In this document: positions 37,627-47,331 of the stretch, in pieces
Numbering within the stretch: the stretch's first letter is position 1
Layout of the letters: each line of letters begins with the position of its first letter
Origin: a virus
Virus record (IMG/VR): IMGVR_UViG_3300032323_001119
Location: 32,001-96,000 of that record
Strand: one strand, 5' to 3'
DNA length: 64,000 nucleotides
Program-made: the position numbers and the translations under genes
The notes under the pieces: generated by a model
The model's database searches: none
Told to the model about the DNA's origin: nothing
The model's input: the letters and a program-made list of their open reading frames with translations, nothing else

Positions 37627-38108
37627 TACTCCGCCTTCCATACTGGTACAAAGCCACCTTCTGTCTTAGTATACAATATAAAGCTATGTTTGAGAAGGGC
37701 CAGCAGCTCCGCCTTAGAAGGAACATTTTTGGAGTGGCCAGCCTCTAATATATATTCATGAAGGTCTAATATATCTTTATCACTAAACATATACTTATAC
37801 CATGTTTCTTCTGAACTATTACCTATAGGATAAATTTTTTGTGGAGTTTTAATTTTGCCTTCTAGAATATAGTCCTGTATCGTAACCCTATGCTTATTCA
37901 ACATATCGGCAACCTGAACAATACTATAGGCGTTACTCATATTTTTATCTACTTCTGAGTACGGATACAAAATTCTTTTTTTATCTAAATAAGACCAAGC
38001 AACTATTTGATCCTTGGCTCTAGATAAACTAAGAGTTTTATGTATTTTTTCGTTTAAGAAGAAATACCGTACTTCTTTGAGTGATCTTCTTCTAGTGTCT
38101 CTAGCCAT
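37626..38108 (-). CDS. HTH (MerR/excisionase-like) DNA-binding protein
   Basis: YSIVQVADMLNKHRVTIQDYILEGKI. Confidence 0.75.
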   Translation of the reverse strand: MARDTRRRSLKEVRYFFLNEKIHKTLSLSRAKDQIVAWSYLDKKRILYPYSEVDKNMSNAYSIVQVADMLNKHRVTIQDYILEGKIKTPQKIYPIGNSSEETWYKYMFSDKDILDLHEYILEAGHSKNVPSKAELLALLKHSFILYTKTEGGFVPVWKAE

Positions 38109-38242
38109 TTACCCAACCTGTTTGTATTCTTATTCATCATCCAGCGCTTTCCGCACATGATGCAAAACAATTCCATATGCATCTTCTGGGAGAATACTCT
38201 ATCCACAAATACTCTTCCTCCGCATTTATTACACTTTATCAT
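38054..38242 (-). CDS. Zn-ribbon protein
   Basis: CNKCGG...CIMCGKR; start at MIKC. Confidence 0.75.
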   Translation of the reverse strand: MIKCNKCGGRVFVDRVFSQKMHMELFCIMCGKRWMMNKNTNRLGKWLETLEEDHSKKYGISS

Positions 38243-39039
38243 ACCTGAAATAACTTTCCGTCCACAACGCATGAGTATTCTGGTGACACATGAATCATCT
38301 GAATATGTGGATAATCATTTACAATGTGAGCGATAGCAAAACCTTTTTGCCAATCGTGATGTTGCGTGTACTTCATTCCTGGTCCCTTTTCGTCACACAT
38401 GTGACCAATTTCATATCCACGAAGAGTTTCTCCAGCTCCATTATTTCTTAACTCATATGTAACCATGTGAGAAGCAATTCGGTGTGAGTGTCCTCTGATC
38501 AAAGATATCTGCATATCCTCCATGTCTTTTCTTGCTGACCCTGTTGCTGCAATGGACAATCCATGGTGAACGTGAATATCTCCAAAACGGCGCTTAGGAA
38601 GTTCATCGTAATAAATGTACTCATATCCAAGTGAGTCTAGTGACCACAATGCTTCTGGTGTTACTTCATTAATATAATCTGGAAGCTTAGCGTCCACATA
38701 ATTAAAGATACGGATATCATGATTTCCTAAAGCAGAAAATAGCTGTGCGTTTGGAAGCATTTCTCTAGTCTTTGAATAGAAGTCTCTTGCACCCTTTGCT
38801 TCATGTCTCATCATAGGAACAATTAAATCCTTGCTGTCATTCTTATGCAACTGCATAAATTCAGCAGAACGACCTTCTGTATATTTACTATAACAGGCTT
38901 GATCATCTGTGTCACCTAGGTAATCAACGACATCTGGCTTAAACCACTTCATTACCTTAAACCAAAGCTCGATCATCTTATCGTCTTGATAAGGGAATTG
39001 CTGGTCGGATGAAAGCATCCATTTTAAATCATTTGACAT
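38239..39039 (-). CDS. calcineurin-like metallophosphoesterase
   Basis: SDQQ, LGD, GNHD, HHG, GHSHR. Confidence 0.9.
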   Translation of the reverse strand: MSNDLKWMLSSDQQFPYQDDKMIELWFKVMKWFKPDVVDYLGDTDDQACYSKYTEGRSAEFMQLHKNDSKDLIVPMMRHEAKGARDFYSKTREMLPNAQLFSALGNHDIRIFNYVDAKLPDYINEVTPEALWSLDSLGYEYIYYDELPKRRFGDIHVHHGLSIAATGSARKDMEDMQISLIRGHSHRIASHMVTYELRNNGAGETLRGYEIGHMCDEKGPGMKYTQHHDWQKGFAIAHIVNDYPHIQMIHVSPEYSCVVDGKLFQV

Positions 39040-39057
39040 TATTTACCTTAATGTTAA

Positions 39058-39081
39058 TAGGCCATGAATATTCATGGCCTA
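39058..39081. promoter_or_regulatory. perfect 24-bp palindrome in the leader of the replication operon
   Basis: TAGGCCATGAATATTCATGGCCTA, just downstream of a TTGACA...TACAAT promoter. Confidence 0.6.
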
Positions 39082-39129
39082 AGAGATACATCAAATTGTA
39101 GCATACTGATTTAGATTGTCAATACCTAA

Positions 39130-39549
39130 TTAGGCTACTGCAATCCATTGAACAAAAACTTCACCATTTGCAGTTGCACCCATAGGAAGCATTGAAATTG
39201 TAAACTCGGTGCTGCTTGCAGTTGTAACAACTGGGCTATATTTATGCTTTAAAAAATTTGCTGTGCTTGCTTGCCAAATTGTGCAAACAATATTAGGTCT
39301 AGAGGCAAAAGACTTTGCAAACTTTACTGTTGCTTTTCCAGTTCCAGCAGTATTGCATGGAACCTTTAGTCTGCCAGACTCAATTACTACTTGTCCACTA
39401 GGTGCACCATCTGCACCACCAGTATTGTTATTGACAACGCTGTTAGCCATACTATTAATAATATTAATATTAGAAACTATGCTTGCCATCAATTCAGAGG
39501 TTATAGGATCCCCTGGATTAACTGACATAGGCTTTAGTTGTTCTGCCAT
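39130..39549 (-). CDS. minor tail/fibre protein (H-type-lectin-like C-terminus)
   Basis: ESG...V.F...F...P.IV......V.WIAV pattern. Confidence 0.65.
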   Translation of the reverse strand: MAEQLKPMSVNPGDPITSELMASIVSNINIINSMANSVVNNNTGGADGAPSGQVVIESGRLKVPCNTAGTGKATVKFAKSFASRPNIVCTIWQASTANFLKHKYSPVVTTASSTEFTISMLPMGATANGEVFVQWIAVA

Positions 39550-39552
39550 TTT

Positions 39553-39702
39553 CTATTTCTCCTCTGGCTCCGCAGTATTTTGACCTTGCTGAAGCTGTGT
39601 AATTTCTGCACGAAGAACTGCAATATGGGTCTCATATTGTGAGACTAGTTCTCCGATTCTTTGCTGTAGCGCAGCTACAACTAGTTCTAACTTGTTATCC
39701 AT
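39553..39702 (-). CDS. small coiled-coil protein (49 aa)
   Basis: Hand translation MDNKLELVVAALQQRIGELVSQYETHIAVLRAEITQLQQGQNTAEPEEK*; AAGGAG RBS. Confidence 0.7.
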   Translation of the reverse strand: MDNKLELVVAALQQRIGELVSQYETHIAVLRAEITQLQQGQNTAEPEEK

Positions 39703-39733
39703 TATATCTCCTTGATAGATTTACAGTATACCA

Positions 39734-42310
39734 TTACGGTTCAAGTGCGTCAATCCTTGAAGAAAGTATGTTTATTTTTTCAGAAACTTCTTGTATTGCC
39801 AAAACTAAAGATGCGGTTAATCTATCGTAGGCTATGCCGTCTGGCTTATTTTCTTCATTATAATTAACTACTGTTCTAAGTTGTGGTATTTCATGAAGCT
39901 CTTCAGCAATGAGGCCAGAAAGAGTTCTAGGTTCGCCATTATATCCAGTATCTCCAATATAATTATAAGTTACGGGCTTTAATGAATTAATTATGTCTAG
40001 GTACCCAGATTTGTTAATTTCAATAATATTTTCCTTATATCTTGAGCTAGAAACCTGTACCCTTAAAAACCCTGCATCTTGAACTATAGAGTTTCCAGAA
40101 CCAGTACCTAAAGTATTTGCAAATATTCTGCCATTAGAAAAAAGCCTTGTTACGTTACCACCAAGGTCTATATAGGCGTCTGTAGCAACTCCGTAGTTAC
40201 CATTTCCTATTAATAATCTTCTCCATCTGAAGCTGTCTAAGCCTAAATCAGATCCGCCGTTATAAAATGGATAGCATGAGGTTACCCACCCGCTGGTAGA
40301 GGTGCTAACAAAAGCTATGGCATTTACTGCTGTTGAAATAACCTGACCAGAGTCTACTGGGCCAGATCTTAAATAAGATGTTTTAAATCTTCCTGAGCTT
40401 GAATCTGTAGAAATATCAATATTAACACCTGTAATCATTCCTGCCCGAATTTTTTCTGCATCAATAAATCCTGAATAAACATATGTTGAAACTACGTTAT
40501 CTGCTATAACAGTTCCAGCTTCTAATACACCGCCATTAATAAAATTTCCATTTGTGCTATTATTAATTTTTCTAATTACTTCAGCTTTACTGAAATTAAC
40601 TGCAGGCAATGCTGCATCAGCAGTTGTTTTAGCAGAATTTGCTGTAGAAGCAGCAGAAGTTGCTGTAGCAGCAGCAGAAGTTGCTGTAGCAGCAGCAGAA
40701 GTTGCTGTAGAAGAAGCATTAGTGGCTTTTGTATCTGTAGCAGCTAAAGCACTAGTCGTTGCATACCCAGAAAGAATTGTTCCAGAACCAAGTACTGCAT
40801 TTTGTGCATATAAAGTTCCGTCAGCAGCAACTCTGAACTTAGCATTTGCATCGGGTGTATTATTGCCAGCCCACATAACAAATGATGTTCCTCCTGAAGA
40901 AGCTGTTTGTAAATAAATGCTGTTGGCGGCTGTAGAACCAACCTGTATCTTTCCTGAGCTATCTAAAATAACATTGTTTTTGGATAACGTGGTATCATCT
41001 AGTGTCCATCCAGCAATGCTTCCACCATTTGCAGTTATGTTTCCAGTCTCTGCGGAAATTGTTACAGACTTTGTCCCATTTGCAACCTTAAGTCCTTTTG
41101 AGTTTAAGGCAAATCCGTTTCCAGTTAAGTTTCCAGTAGATGTATCTATGGTTCCACTATATATCGATGCCCCAGTTGTAGACATAAATATATTTCCGCT
41201 AAATGTTCCACCTCTTGCAGTTACATTTCCATCTATTGCAAATGTGGACCCGTCCCAGAGAAGATAATTACTTGTTGCTCCGCCAACTTTTAGTCTTGCA
41301 CTATTGGTTGCATTAACATACCAATAATTACTAGCATCAAAGTAGAGTCCTTTATTTGTTGAAACAGATCCAACACCCACTCCGAATTGGAATGGACCCC
41401 CTGTTATATAATTTGAAACAGATGGCGTACCTTCAACTCTAACATCTGATGCAGATATGTATGCAGATGAAGTGTTATTGTATTCGTCATACGTAGCAAC
41501 AGCTATCTGATAGGTTGAGCCAATTGCAAGTCCTGCAAGCTTATATGTGGTTCCAGTTCCTGGAGAATCAACATATGAGTATGTTGCCCCATTATCGTTA
41601 CTAAATCTAATTCTATATCCTCTTATGCCACCTCCAGTTACTGCTGGCCAAGAAACATTTGCAAATGCATTAAAGCCAAGGTAGCCGCTTGTGTCTATTC
41701 CGCTTGTAGTGGTTACAGAGGTAACGTTTGCTGGGCCAACTGTGTCTACCGTAATTGGATCAGATGCTTTAAACGGACCAAAGGTAACACTTTTTTTTCT
41801 ATAGTCTTGGTCTCTTGTATCTACACGAATCCACCTATTTGCTGTATTGGAAACAAGTATCGTTGCTGAATTGCCGTTTCCATTCCATACTAAATATTCT
41901 TCTCCTGAAAATGCTCCTGTAAGGCTTTCGTATATTTGTATGTCTATAAGCCACTTGTTTGCGGGCAATGCTTTGTCTATCAAGTCCCACTTAACACCAT
42001 AAGAAAGAAGTCCTGGAGTTACAGAAAGATTTGTAACAGGCTGTGTTAAATCTGGAGTTTGAAGAGTAATTAAAAAGTTTGCTGATCTTGGGCCCTGTAT
42101 TGGTTGCGATGGATTATCTGGATTGTCATACAAATAGGCAAATGAGAATGGGTAGGTTCTATTTACAACTACGTTGTAGCCGTCATCTGTAACAACAAAA
42201 GTATCTGGAGATGTTTGAGATGCAACCCTTGCAGCATCTGTTGGGTTTGCCTGTAAATCTGCAGACCTTCTGTTAAGAAATCTATCGATTGCGTCGTTGT
42301 ATCCTGCCAT
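39734..42310 (-). CDS. tail fibre/spike with FN3 domain and C-terminal S74 autocleaving chaperone
   Basis: FN3 VSW...GYRI...GL..GSTYQIAV; SSRYKENI...LKPVTYNY...GLIAEEL; terminal coiled coil. Confidence 0.85.
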   Translation of the reverse strand: MAGYNDAIDRFLNRRSADLQANPTDAARVASQTSPDTFVVTDDGYNVVVNRTYPFSFAYLYDNPDNPSQPIQGPRSANFLITLQTPDLTQPVTNLSVTPGLLSYGVKWDLIDKALPANKWLIDIQIYESLTGAFSGEEYLVWNGNGNSATILVSNTANRWIRVDTRDQDYRKKSVTFGPFKASDPITVDTVGPANVTSVTTTSGIDTSGYLGFNAFANVSWPAVTGGGIRGYRIRFSNDNGATYSYVDSPGTGTTYKLAGLAIGSTYQIAVATYDEYNNTSSAYISASDVRVEGTPSVSNYITGGPFQFGVGVGSVSTNKGLYFDASNYWYVNATNSARLKVGGATSNYLLWDGSTFAIDGNVTARGGTFSGNIFMSTTGASIYSGTIDTSTGNLTGNGFALNSKGLKVANGTKSVTISAETGNITANGGSIAGWTLDDTTLSKNNVILDSSGKIQVGSTAANSIYLQTASSGGTSFVMWAGNNTPDANAKFRVAADGTLYAQNAVLGSGTILSGYATTSALAATDTKATNASSTATSAAATATSAAATATSAASTANSAKTTADAALPAVNFSKAEVIRKINNSTNGNFINGGVLEAGTVIADNVVSTYVYSGFIDAEKIRAGMITGVNIDISTDSSSGRFKTSYLRSGPVDSGQVISTAVNAIAFVSTSTSGWVTSCYPFYNGGSDLGLDSFRWRRLLIGNGNYGVATDAYIDLGGNVTRLFSNGRIFANTLGTGSGNSIVQDAGFLRVQVSSSRYKENIIEINKSGYLDIINSLKPVTYNYIGDTGYNGEPRTLSGLIAEELHEIPQLRTVVNYNEENKPDGIAYDRLTASLVLAIQEVSEKINILSSRIDALEP
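40641..40716. repeat. 21-bp coding tandem repeat (ATSAAAT) in the fibre shaft
   Basis: About three copies of gcagcagaagttgctgtagca. Confidence 0.75.
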
Positions 42311-43197
42311 TATAAGAACCCTAAATTAATTTTGTATTCTATATCCATTTCAACACCAAGCTTTTTTACAATAGGGTTTGCTAAAACAGATCGGCTAATT
42401 AATCCGTACTGGGGATTATATCTGTCGTCATCGTTTATTCTTAACCCATCTAAAAGCACTATAGTTGATCCAGTAGATTTTGCTTTTCCTCCGACTTCTA
42501 TTTTAGTGATAGAAGAAAAGTCTATGGCGTCACCAGAAGAAAAAGAAGAATTGAATAAGTCAGATAGTTTAGCGGTAAGAATTTTTTCTCCAATAGTGCT
42601 TGATGCTGCAAACCTTACTTCTTTGTAGTCAGTAGGAGAGCTATAAAAACGAACGTAAACATAGTCTAGATTTAAATCTATTTGATAAAAAGCAATAGTT
42701 AAGCTATCGTCCACTCCGTATCCAGAAATGTCAAACACGGTATCTAGAGAATAAGATTTAGATTGATTCATCGGTGCAGAAATTTTAAAGTAAGAAGATC
42801 CTATTCTGGGCTGTGGGCTAGAAACTTTTTCTGCTTCATCTCCATTTGAATCTCTCCAAGAATATGAGTTCTCAAATGAAGATATGTATTGAGAAGAAAA
42901 ATCTGTATTCTGAAGTGCTGCTGTTGGGAAAATTCCTATTTCACTGATTACGCCTTCAACGTCTGTAGGCAGTGTGGTTTTATAGACAACCGAGTATGTA
43001 GTTTCTCCAGTGGCCGTATTGGTTTGAATATCAGAGCTTCCTAAAAATACACCAGATCTATAAAACTCAAACTGCATATCTGTATCGTTTGCTGACTCTG
43101 CTCTATTGCCTATGCCAATAGCAATATCTTTTTCGTTAAAGTTGAGTCCATTTGCCATATAAGAAGTTATAAATCTTTTACCAAATTTTGTTATCAT
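42310..43197 (-). CDS. tail tip/baseplate protein
   Basis: MITKFGKRFI...IAIGIG...ISEIGIF pattern typical of fibre-attachment proteins; position in the tail module. Confidence 0.65.
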   Translation of the reverse strand: MITKFGKRFITSYMANGLNFNEKDIAIGIGNRAESANDTDMQFEFYRSGVFLGSSDIQTNTATGETTYSVVYKTTLPTDVEGVISEIGIFPTAALQNTDFSSQYISSFENSYSWRDSNGDEAEKVSSPQPRIGSSYFKISAPMNQSKSYSLDTVFDISGYGVDDSLTIAFYQIDLNLDYVYVRFYSSPTDYKEVRFAASSTIGEKILTAKLSDLFNSSFSSGDAIDFSSITKIEVGGKAKSTGSTIVLLDGLRINDDDRYNPQYGLISRSVLANPIVKKLGVEMDIEYKINLGFL

Positions 43198-43598
43198 ATT
43201 AGAACTACCCCTTTTACTATTTCCCCAACGCTATTTTTTACTTCAAACTTGACTCTAAGGAATCTATTGTTATTAGAATCATAGTATATTTCTGGGTCAG
43301 TTATAGTTTGTCCCGAAGAATATCTCTTACCAGTAGCTCCAATTAAAACAATGTCTTCTAAGTTAGGTGCAGCTAAACCTGTTTCTCCTTCGCCACCTTC
43401 TCCACCCTCGCCACCTTCTCCGTCTCCATCTCCTGGAACAGTAGGCACATAGGTTTTATCAACAGTATTGGTATATAAATTAACAACGTCATACTGATCT
43501 GTTTTTAGTATGCCAATAAGTGGAGAGTCTACTGGTAGTTGTACCTTGACTCCACCAGCTACTTGTGAGCTACCTATTTTTGGATTCTTTTTAACCAT
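43194..43598 (-). CDS. hypothetical tail-region protein
   Basis: 134 aa with Gly/Glu linker; leaderless promoter TGG-TAGAAT. Confidence 0.65.
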   Translation of the reverse strand: MVKKNPKIGSSQVAGGVKVQLPVDSPLIGILKTDQYDVVNLYTNTVDKTYVPTVPGDGDGEGGEGGEGGEGETGLAAPNLEDIVLIGATGKRYSSGQTITDPEIYYDSNNNRFLRVKFEVKNSVGEIVKGVVLI

Positions 43599-43618
43599 AT
43601 AAAGATTCTACCATTTCA

Positions 43619-46600
43619 TTAAACATAAATCGACCTACACACTATAGTAGTAGAAGGGGAATCACTGTATCCCTGCTCTATATTTAATACTATATACTTG
43701 CCAGCCGTAAAACCAGTATCTTCTGATGAATACACTAAGTTGCTTGGATATGATATTTCAACGACATCCCCTGTTTCCAAAGTAGGGTTTGGAAACACTT
43801 CTAGAGTTAAAACGGTCTGCTGTTTTGACCACTGAGTTCTCATCCATTCAGACAAAGCCTTTGCCTCGGACTCTTTTTGAATCCAAGTGGATTCAAATGC
43901 TACCTGCTCTTCTGCCTTAGTAGAAGAAAGATCAGGATCTATGTATTCAAATGGATCTAAGGGGGCTATTGTTTCTCCAACTACAATAAAACTTTTTTGT
44001 CCGCCGTCAGCCAAATCAATAAAAGCACCAGTATTATTTAATATGTAGGCATCAATACCAAATGACGTTGCATCATATCCAAGTAGTGTTGCGTTTGGGT
44101 TTAGTATTATTTGAGGGTACTTAACAAACCCTGGCCTAGTAGCATATCTGGTAGATATCTTTTTTATTTCTCTAGCAACTGGCCCGAACTCTTTAATCCA
44201 GGAAGGAGCTGTAGAGGTAGAGTCTGTGCCGCTTGAAAGAAATTCTCCAAATACATTTTTTAAAGAAGTTGCAGACCCTACATATGATGCATAGTTGTCG
44301 TAATCATAAGAGCCTTCAAACTCTTCTTTCTTTAGAGTTGAAGAGTAAACATAATCGAAGGCTGACTCTCCCTGTATTCCTAATAAAGCAATTTTATTTG
44401 ATAAAGCAATTGGAGATGAATCAGTTGCAGTAATAATTTGATTATTAAATTTAATCTTAAATATAAGTTTACCAGCTACTGCCTTAGAAACTTTTACATC
44501 TACTCTATAAAATTCTCCACCAGATACCCCAGTAATAGAATTGTCTTCAGTTTTTTGTGTATCCGATATGACAGTTTCTACTCCATTTACAAGTTTAAAT
44601 AACTGAACGTCTCTAGAGTTTAAGCCTTTGTTGGCTACATTTTGAGATGTTGCAATTTTTAATATGTATCCGTTTAAATTATTTGATGAAAGTCCTATTC
44701 CTAATCCAGCTGAAACTGGTTGCTCTCCAGTAACCCTATTATTGCTATCTCGTGCAAGCTTAAAGAATAGAGCTGTTCCAATGGAAAAGTAAGTTTTATC
44801 GGCGAAGTCTAGGCCAGCAGATATGTTGGCGCAGTAGTATTCTTTTGAAGCAGGGGGTGCAACTATAGTCAAAAGTGATCTGGATATCGATGTTCCAGAT
44901 CCATCCGTCTGTTTTAAGAAAAATACAGATTCATCACCTGCATTTGTTTTTGCAGACAAATTAAGTCTGGAGCCAGACCACTCTTGTTTTAAAGCATCTA
45001 CGTTGACTAAATGCTCATCTCCAATACCTATACCCTTACCAGTTGCATTAAATGCATTTCTTTGTTTAATCCTAAATCTAAGAGTAGGTGCAAAAGAATT
45101 TATTTTGCTTTCTCCTAAATACTTTGCAATATCAGAGTCAGAAGTTATCCATTTTTTTACTGTGGTGCCTGGCGCAGATAAAGGTTCATATCTAAATTCC
45201 ATTGCGTCGTATTCTATTATTTCATTATTGAGTAAAAAGTAACCAGATTTATTGTAGAATGAATTGTCTGCTAATCCACTATAAACAGTTATTGGTGCTA
45301 AGCTAACAACACCTAAAGGTGCATTTGTTTCTGCAGTTGCTGATGCAGGCAAAGTGGTTTGCAAAGCTGCTGCTCCTAGAGCAGCTGGAGGGGAAACATA
45401 CAGGTTATCTGATGATCCTTTATAGTTAGTGCTAATTATAGGAGTGTATATAACCTTTACTGCTTTTACAGATGGAACAGTTTCTTTTGTTAAAGATATG
45501 ATGTTTGGTACGTTAGATCCTTTTGTTGCACTTCTAAATTTAAAGCTAGAAGTTCTTGACTTGTCAAACAAATAGTCTCTAGGGTAAAATTGCAAGATAT
45601 CATTATTGTCAAAAGTAGCAATCATTTGTGTGTCTCTGCATAAATCTTGTATGTGCTGCCAGACAGTTTTAGTATCTTCTGTGTACCAATACAATGGAAC
45701 TATAGTTGCGGAGTCTGTTTTATTTGGATCCGCCTTGCCATAAGTATTAAAATTATAACTAGTAAATCCAATACTGTCTAGCAGCCTTCTTACAATAGCT
45801 TGGGAAGGAGCATTCTGAATAACAATATCTGGAGCCAATATTTCTTGCAAAAATTTAGCACCATCTAATCCTTGAATATCCATGTCTCCAAATTCTGATA
45901 TAGTAAAAGAATCTATGTAAAAAACTCCCTGTGGGATTACATCATTACCTATCTTATTAAATGGCATCACCTTAATATTTTTATATAAGTTTATATTGGA
46001 CTTATTAAACGCTAGTGTTTTATCATACTCTATTCCTCTCCTGTCAAATCCCTCAAGTGAGATAGACAGGGAATTTGAAGTTACAGATCCTACTGGAACA
46101 ATGCCAGACGAATCATCAGAAGAATTTTTTGAAACATTAAATGAAACTAATCTATCTGATACATCCTGTATATACCTCGCTCCCACCTCTATTACTCCAA
46201 GGAACGAGTTGGCTACATTTATTGTGTTAACGCTAACAATTATTTTTTTAATATTAACAGGTGCGGATGGTGTTGTAAACTTTGTTGTAGACCAAGATGA
46301 GCCATTATAGTATAGTTGGAATACTCCATCTGTAGGCACAACACCATTTGTTGATATTGTAGACTCTACACCAGCATGATCTTGTATTTTAATATTCCAG
46401 TTAGCTGGCTTAGAGTAAGATGTTTCAAATTTAACAACTATTGTATTTGCTACAGCAGTTTTTGCTACTGGATAATCTACTGTAAAATTACAATTAGATA
46501 ATGAATTTCCAGATGCTTGTGGAGAAAGCCAGAACTTGTATTGAGTTTTTGTACTAGAAAAGTATGTTCTAATTGGCATGTCTGACGAAACGTTGTATTT

Positions 46601-46882
46601 TGGTATTTGAGTAATTACGTTTGGATTTAAAACGAAATAGTTTATACCAGCAAAAGATGGTCTTCTTGGATCAATAATATTTTTTAGCGGGAATAGCTTT
46701 TTAAAAGGCTGGTAAGACTTTTTAGTAACTGGATCTATTATGGTTGCAGTTTCTACTGGAGAAGATATAGACACCCCATCAATTAGGTCATTCATATTAT
46801 ATTCAAGCCAGCATCCGCCAGACATAGAGTATGAAATAGACTGATTTATTTTAGTTAGTGTGTCCTGGCTTACTGGCAGCAT
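43619..46882 (-). CDS. large minor tail (hub/Tal-like) protein
   Basis: Position after the Dit-like gene; C-terminal PNPTLETGDVVEI motif; start at MLPVS. Confidence 0.75.
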   Translation of the reverse strand: MLPVSQDTLTKINQSISYSMSGGCWLEYNMNDLIDGVSISSPVETATIIDPVTKKSYQPFKKLFPLKNIIDPRRPSFAGINYFVLNPNVITQIPKYNVSSDMPIRTYFSSTKTQYKFWLSPQASGNSLSNCNFTVDYPVAKTAVANTIVVKFETSYSKPANWNIKIQDHAGVESTISTNGVVPTDGVFQLYYNGSSWSTTKFTTPSAPVNIKKIIVSVNTINVANSFLGVIEVGARYIQDVSDRLVSFNVSKNSSDDSSGIVPVGSVTSNSLSISLEGFDRRGIEYDKTLAFNKSNINLYKNIKVMPFNKIGNDVIPQGVFYIDSFTISEFGDMDIQGLDGAKFLQEILAPDIVIQNAPSQAIVRRLLDSIGFTSYNFNTYGKADPNKTDSATIVPLYWYTEDTKTVWQHIQDLCRDTQMIATFDNNDILQFYPRDYLFDKSRTSSFKFRSATKGSNVPNIISLTKETVPSVKAVKVIYTPIISTNYKGSSDNLYVSPPAALGAAALQTTLPASATAETNAPLGVVSLAPITVYSGLADNSFYNKSGYFLLNNEIIEYDAMEFRYEPLSAPGTTVKKWITSDSDIAKYLGESKINSFAPTLRFRIKQRNAFNATGKGIGIGDEHLVNVDALKQEWSGSRLNLSAKTNAGDESVFFLKQTDGSGTSISRSLLTIVAPPASKEYYCANISAGLDFADKTYFSIGTALFFKLARDSNNRVTGEQPVSAGLGIGLSSNNLNGYILKIATSQNVANKGLNSRDVQLFKLVNGVETVISDTQKTEDNSITGVSGGEFYRVDVKVSKAVAGKLIFKIKFNNQIITATDSSPIALSNKIALLGIQGESAFDYVYSSTLKKEEFEGSYDYDNYASYVGSATSLKNVFGEFLSSGTDSTSTAPSWIKEFGPVAREIKKISTRYATRPGFVKYPQIILNPNATLLGYDATSFGIDAYILNNTGAFIDLADGGQKSFIVVGETIAPLDPFEYIDPDLSSTKAEEQVAFESTWIQKESEAKALSEWMRTQWSKQQTVLTLEVFPNPTLETGDVVEISYPSNLVYSSEDTGFTAGKYIVLNIEQGYSDSPSTTIVCRSIYV

Positions 46883-47331
46883 TATACTTCTTCCAGTGAA
46901 ATAGATACATCCCAAAATGCCTGTGGAGCATCAGATATTTTTTCTTTTACATTTCTTTTAATTAAATTAAATGAGCAGGCTGTAAATGACGCAAGGAATT
47001 CCTCTGTTCTTGTAGAGTTATATGCAATTCGTACATTAAAAGTTCCCTGCCCTTTAGCGCTTAAATAAAATGTTCTTAGGTCTTCTGCCCCCCAAAAGCC
47101 ATCTACGGTCATTGTAGAGTATGATGGAACCGTGCTCCATGAGGTAGATACAGTCTTCTTATCGGCTATAAACAGCTTTCTAAGGCTTCCATTGGCCATC
47201 CTAGCAGTTCTTTCAAACCTTTGTGTATCTATAGATATAGGGGATCTATTATGTTCTGTTAATTGACGCCATGCGTTAGTAGAGTCTTGTATAAACAAGG
47301 CTGCACCTACTGGTAAAATTAAAGCTGGCAT
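46882..47331 (-). CDS. distal tail (Dit-like) protein
   Basis: Directly after the TMP; RMANGSLR...WDVSISLEEV. Confidence 0.7.
   Translation of the reverse strand: MPALILPVGAALFIQDSTNAWRQLTEHNRSPISIDTQRFERTARMANGSLRKLFIADKKTVSTSWSTVPSYSTMTVDGFWGAEDLRTFYLSAKGQGTFNVRIAYNSTRTEEFLASFTACSFNLIKRNVKEKISDAPQAFWDVSISLEEV

Noticed and set aside
39130-42310. Diversity-generating retroelement targeting the tail fibre
   Set aside because: No reverse transcriptase and no TR/VR repeat pair were seen in the window.
8620-43430. Short tandem repeats (8620-8705, ~14880-15370, ~17712-17745, 40641-40716, ~43385-43430) as arrays or contingency loci
   Set aside because: All are in-frame multiples of 3 encoding Ala-rich, collagen or Gly/Glu linkers, with no unique spacers.
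17893-46915. Longest-ORF starts in the track (18633, 23655, 28498, 33575, 35602, 38272, 46915)
   Set aside because: They overlap upstream genes; downstream ATGs with coupling or RBS fit better and were used instead.
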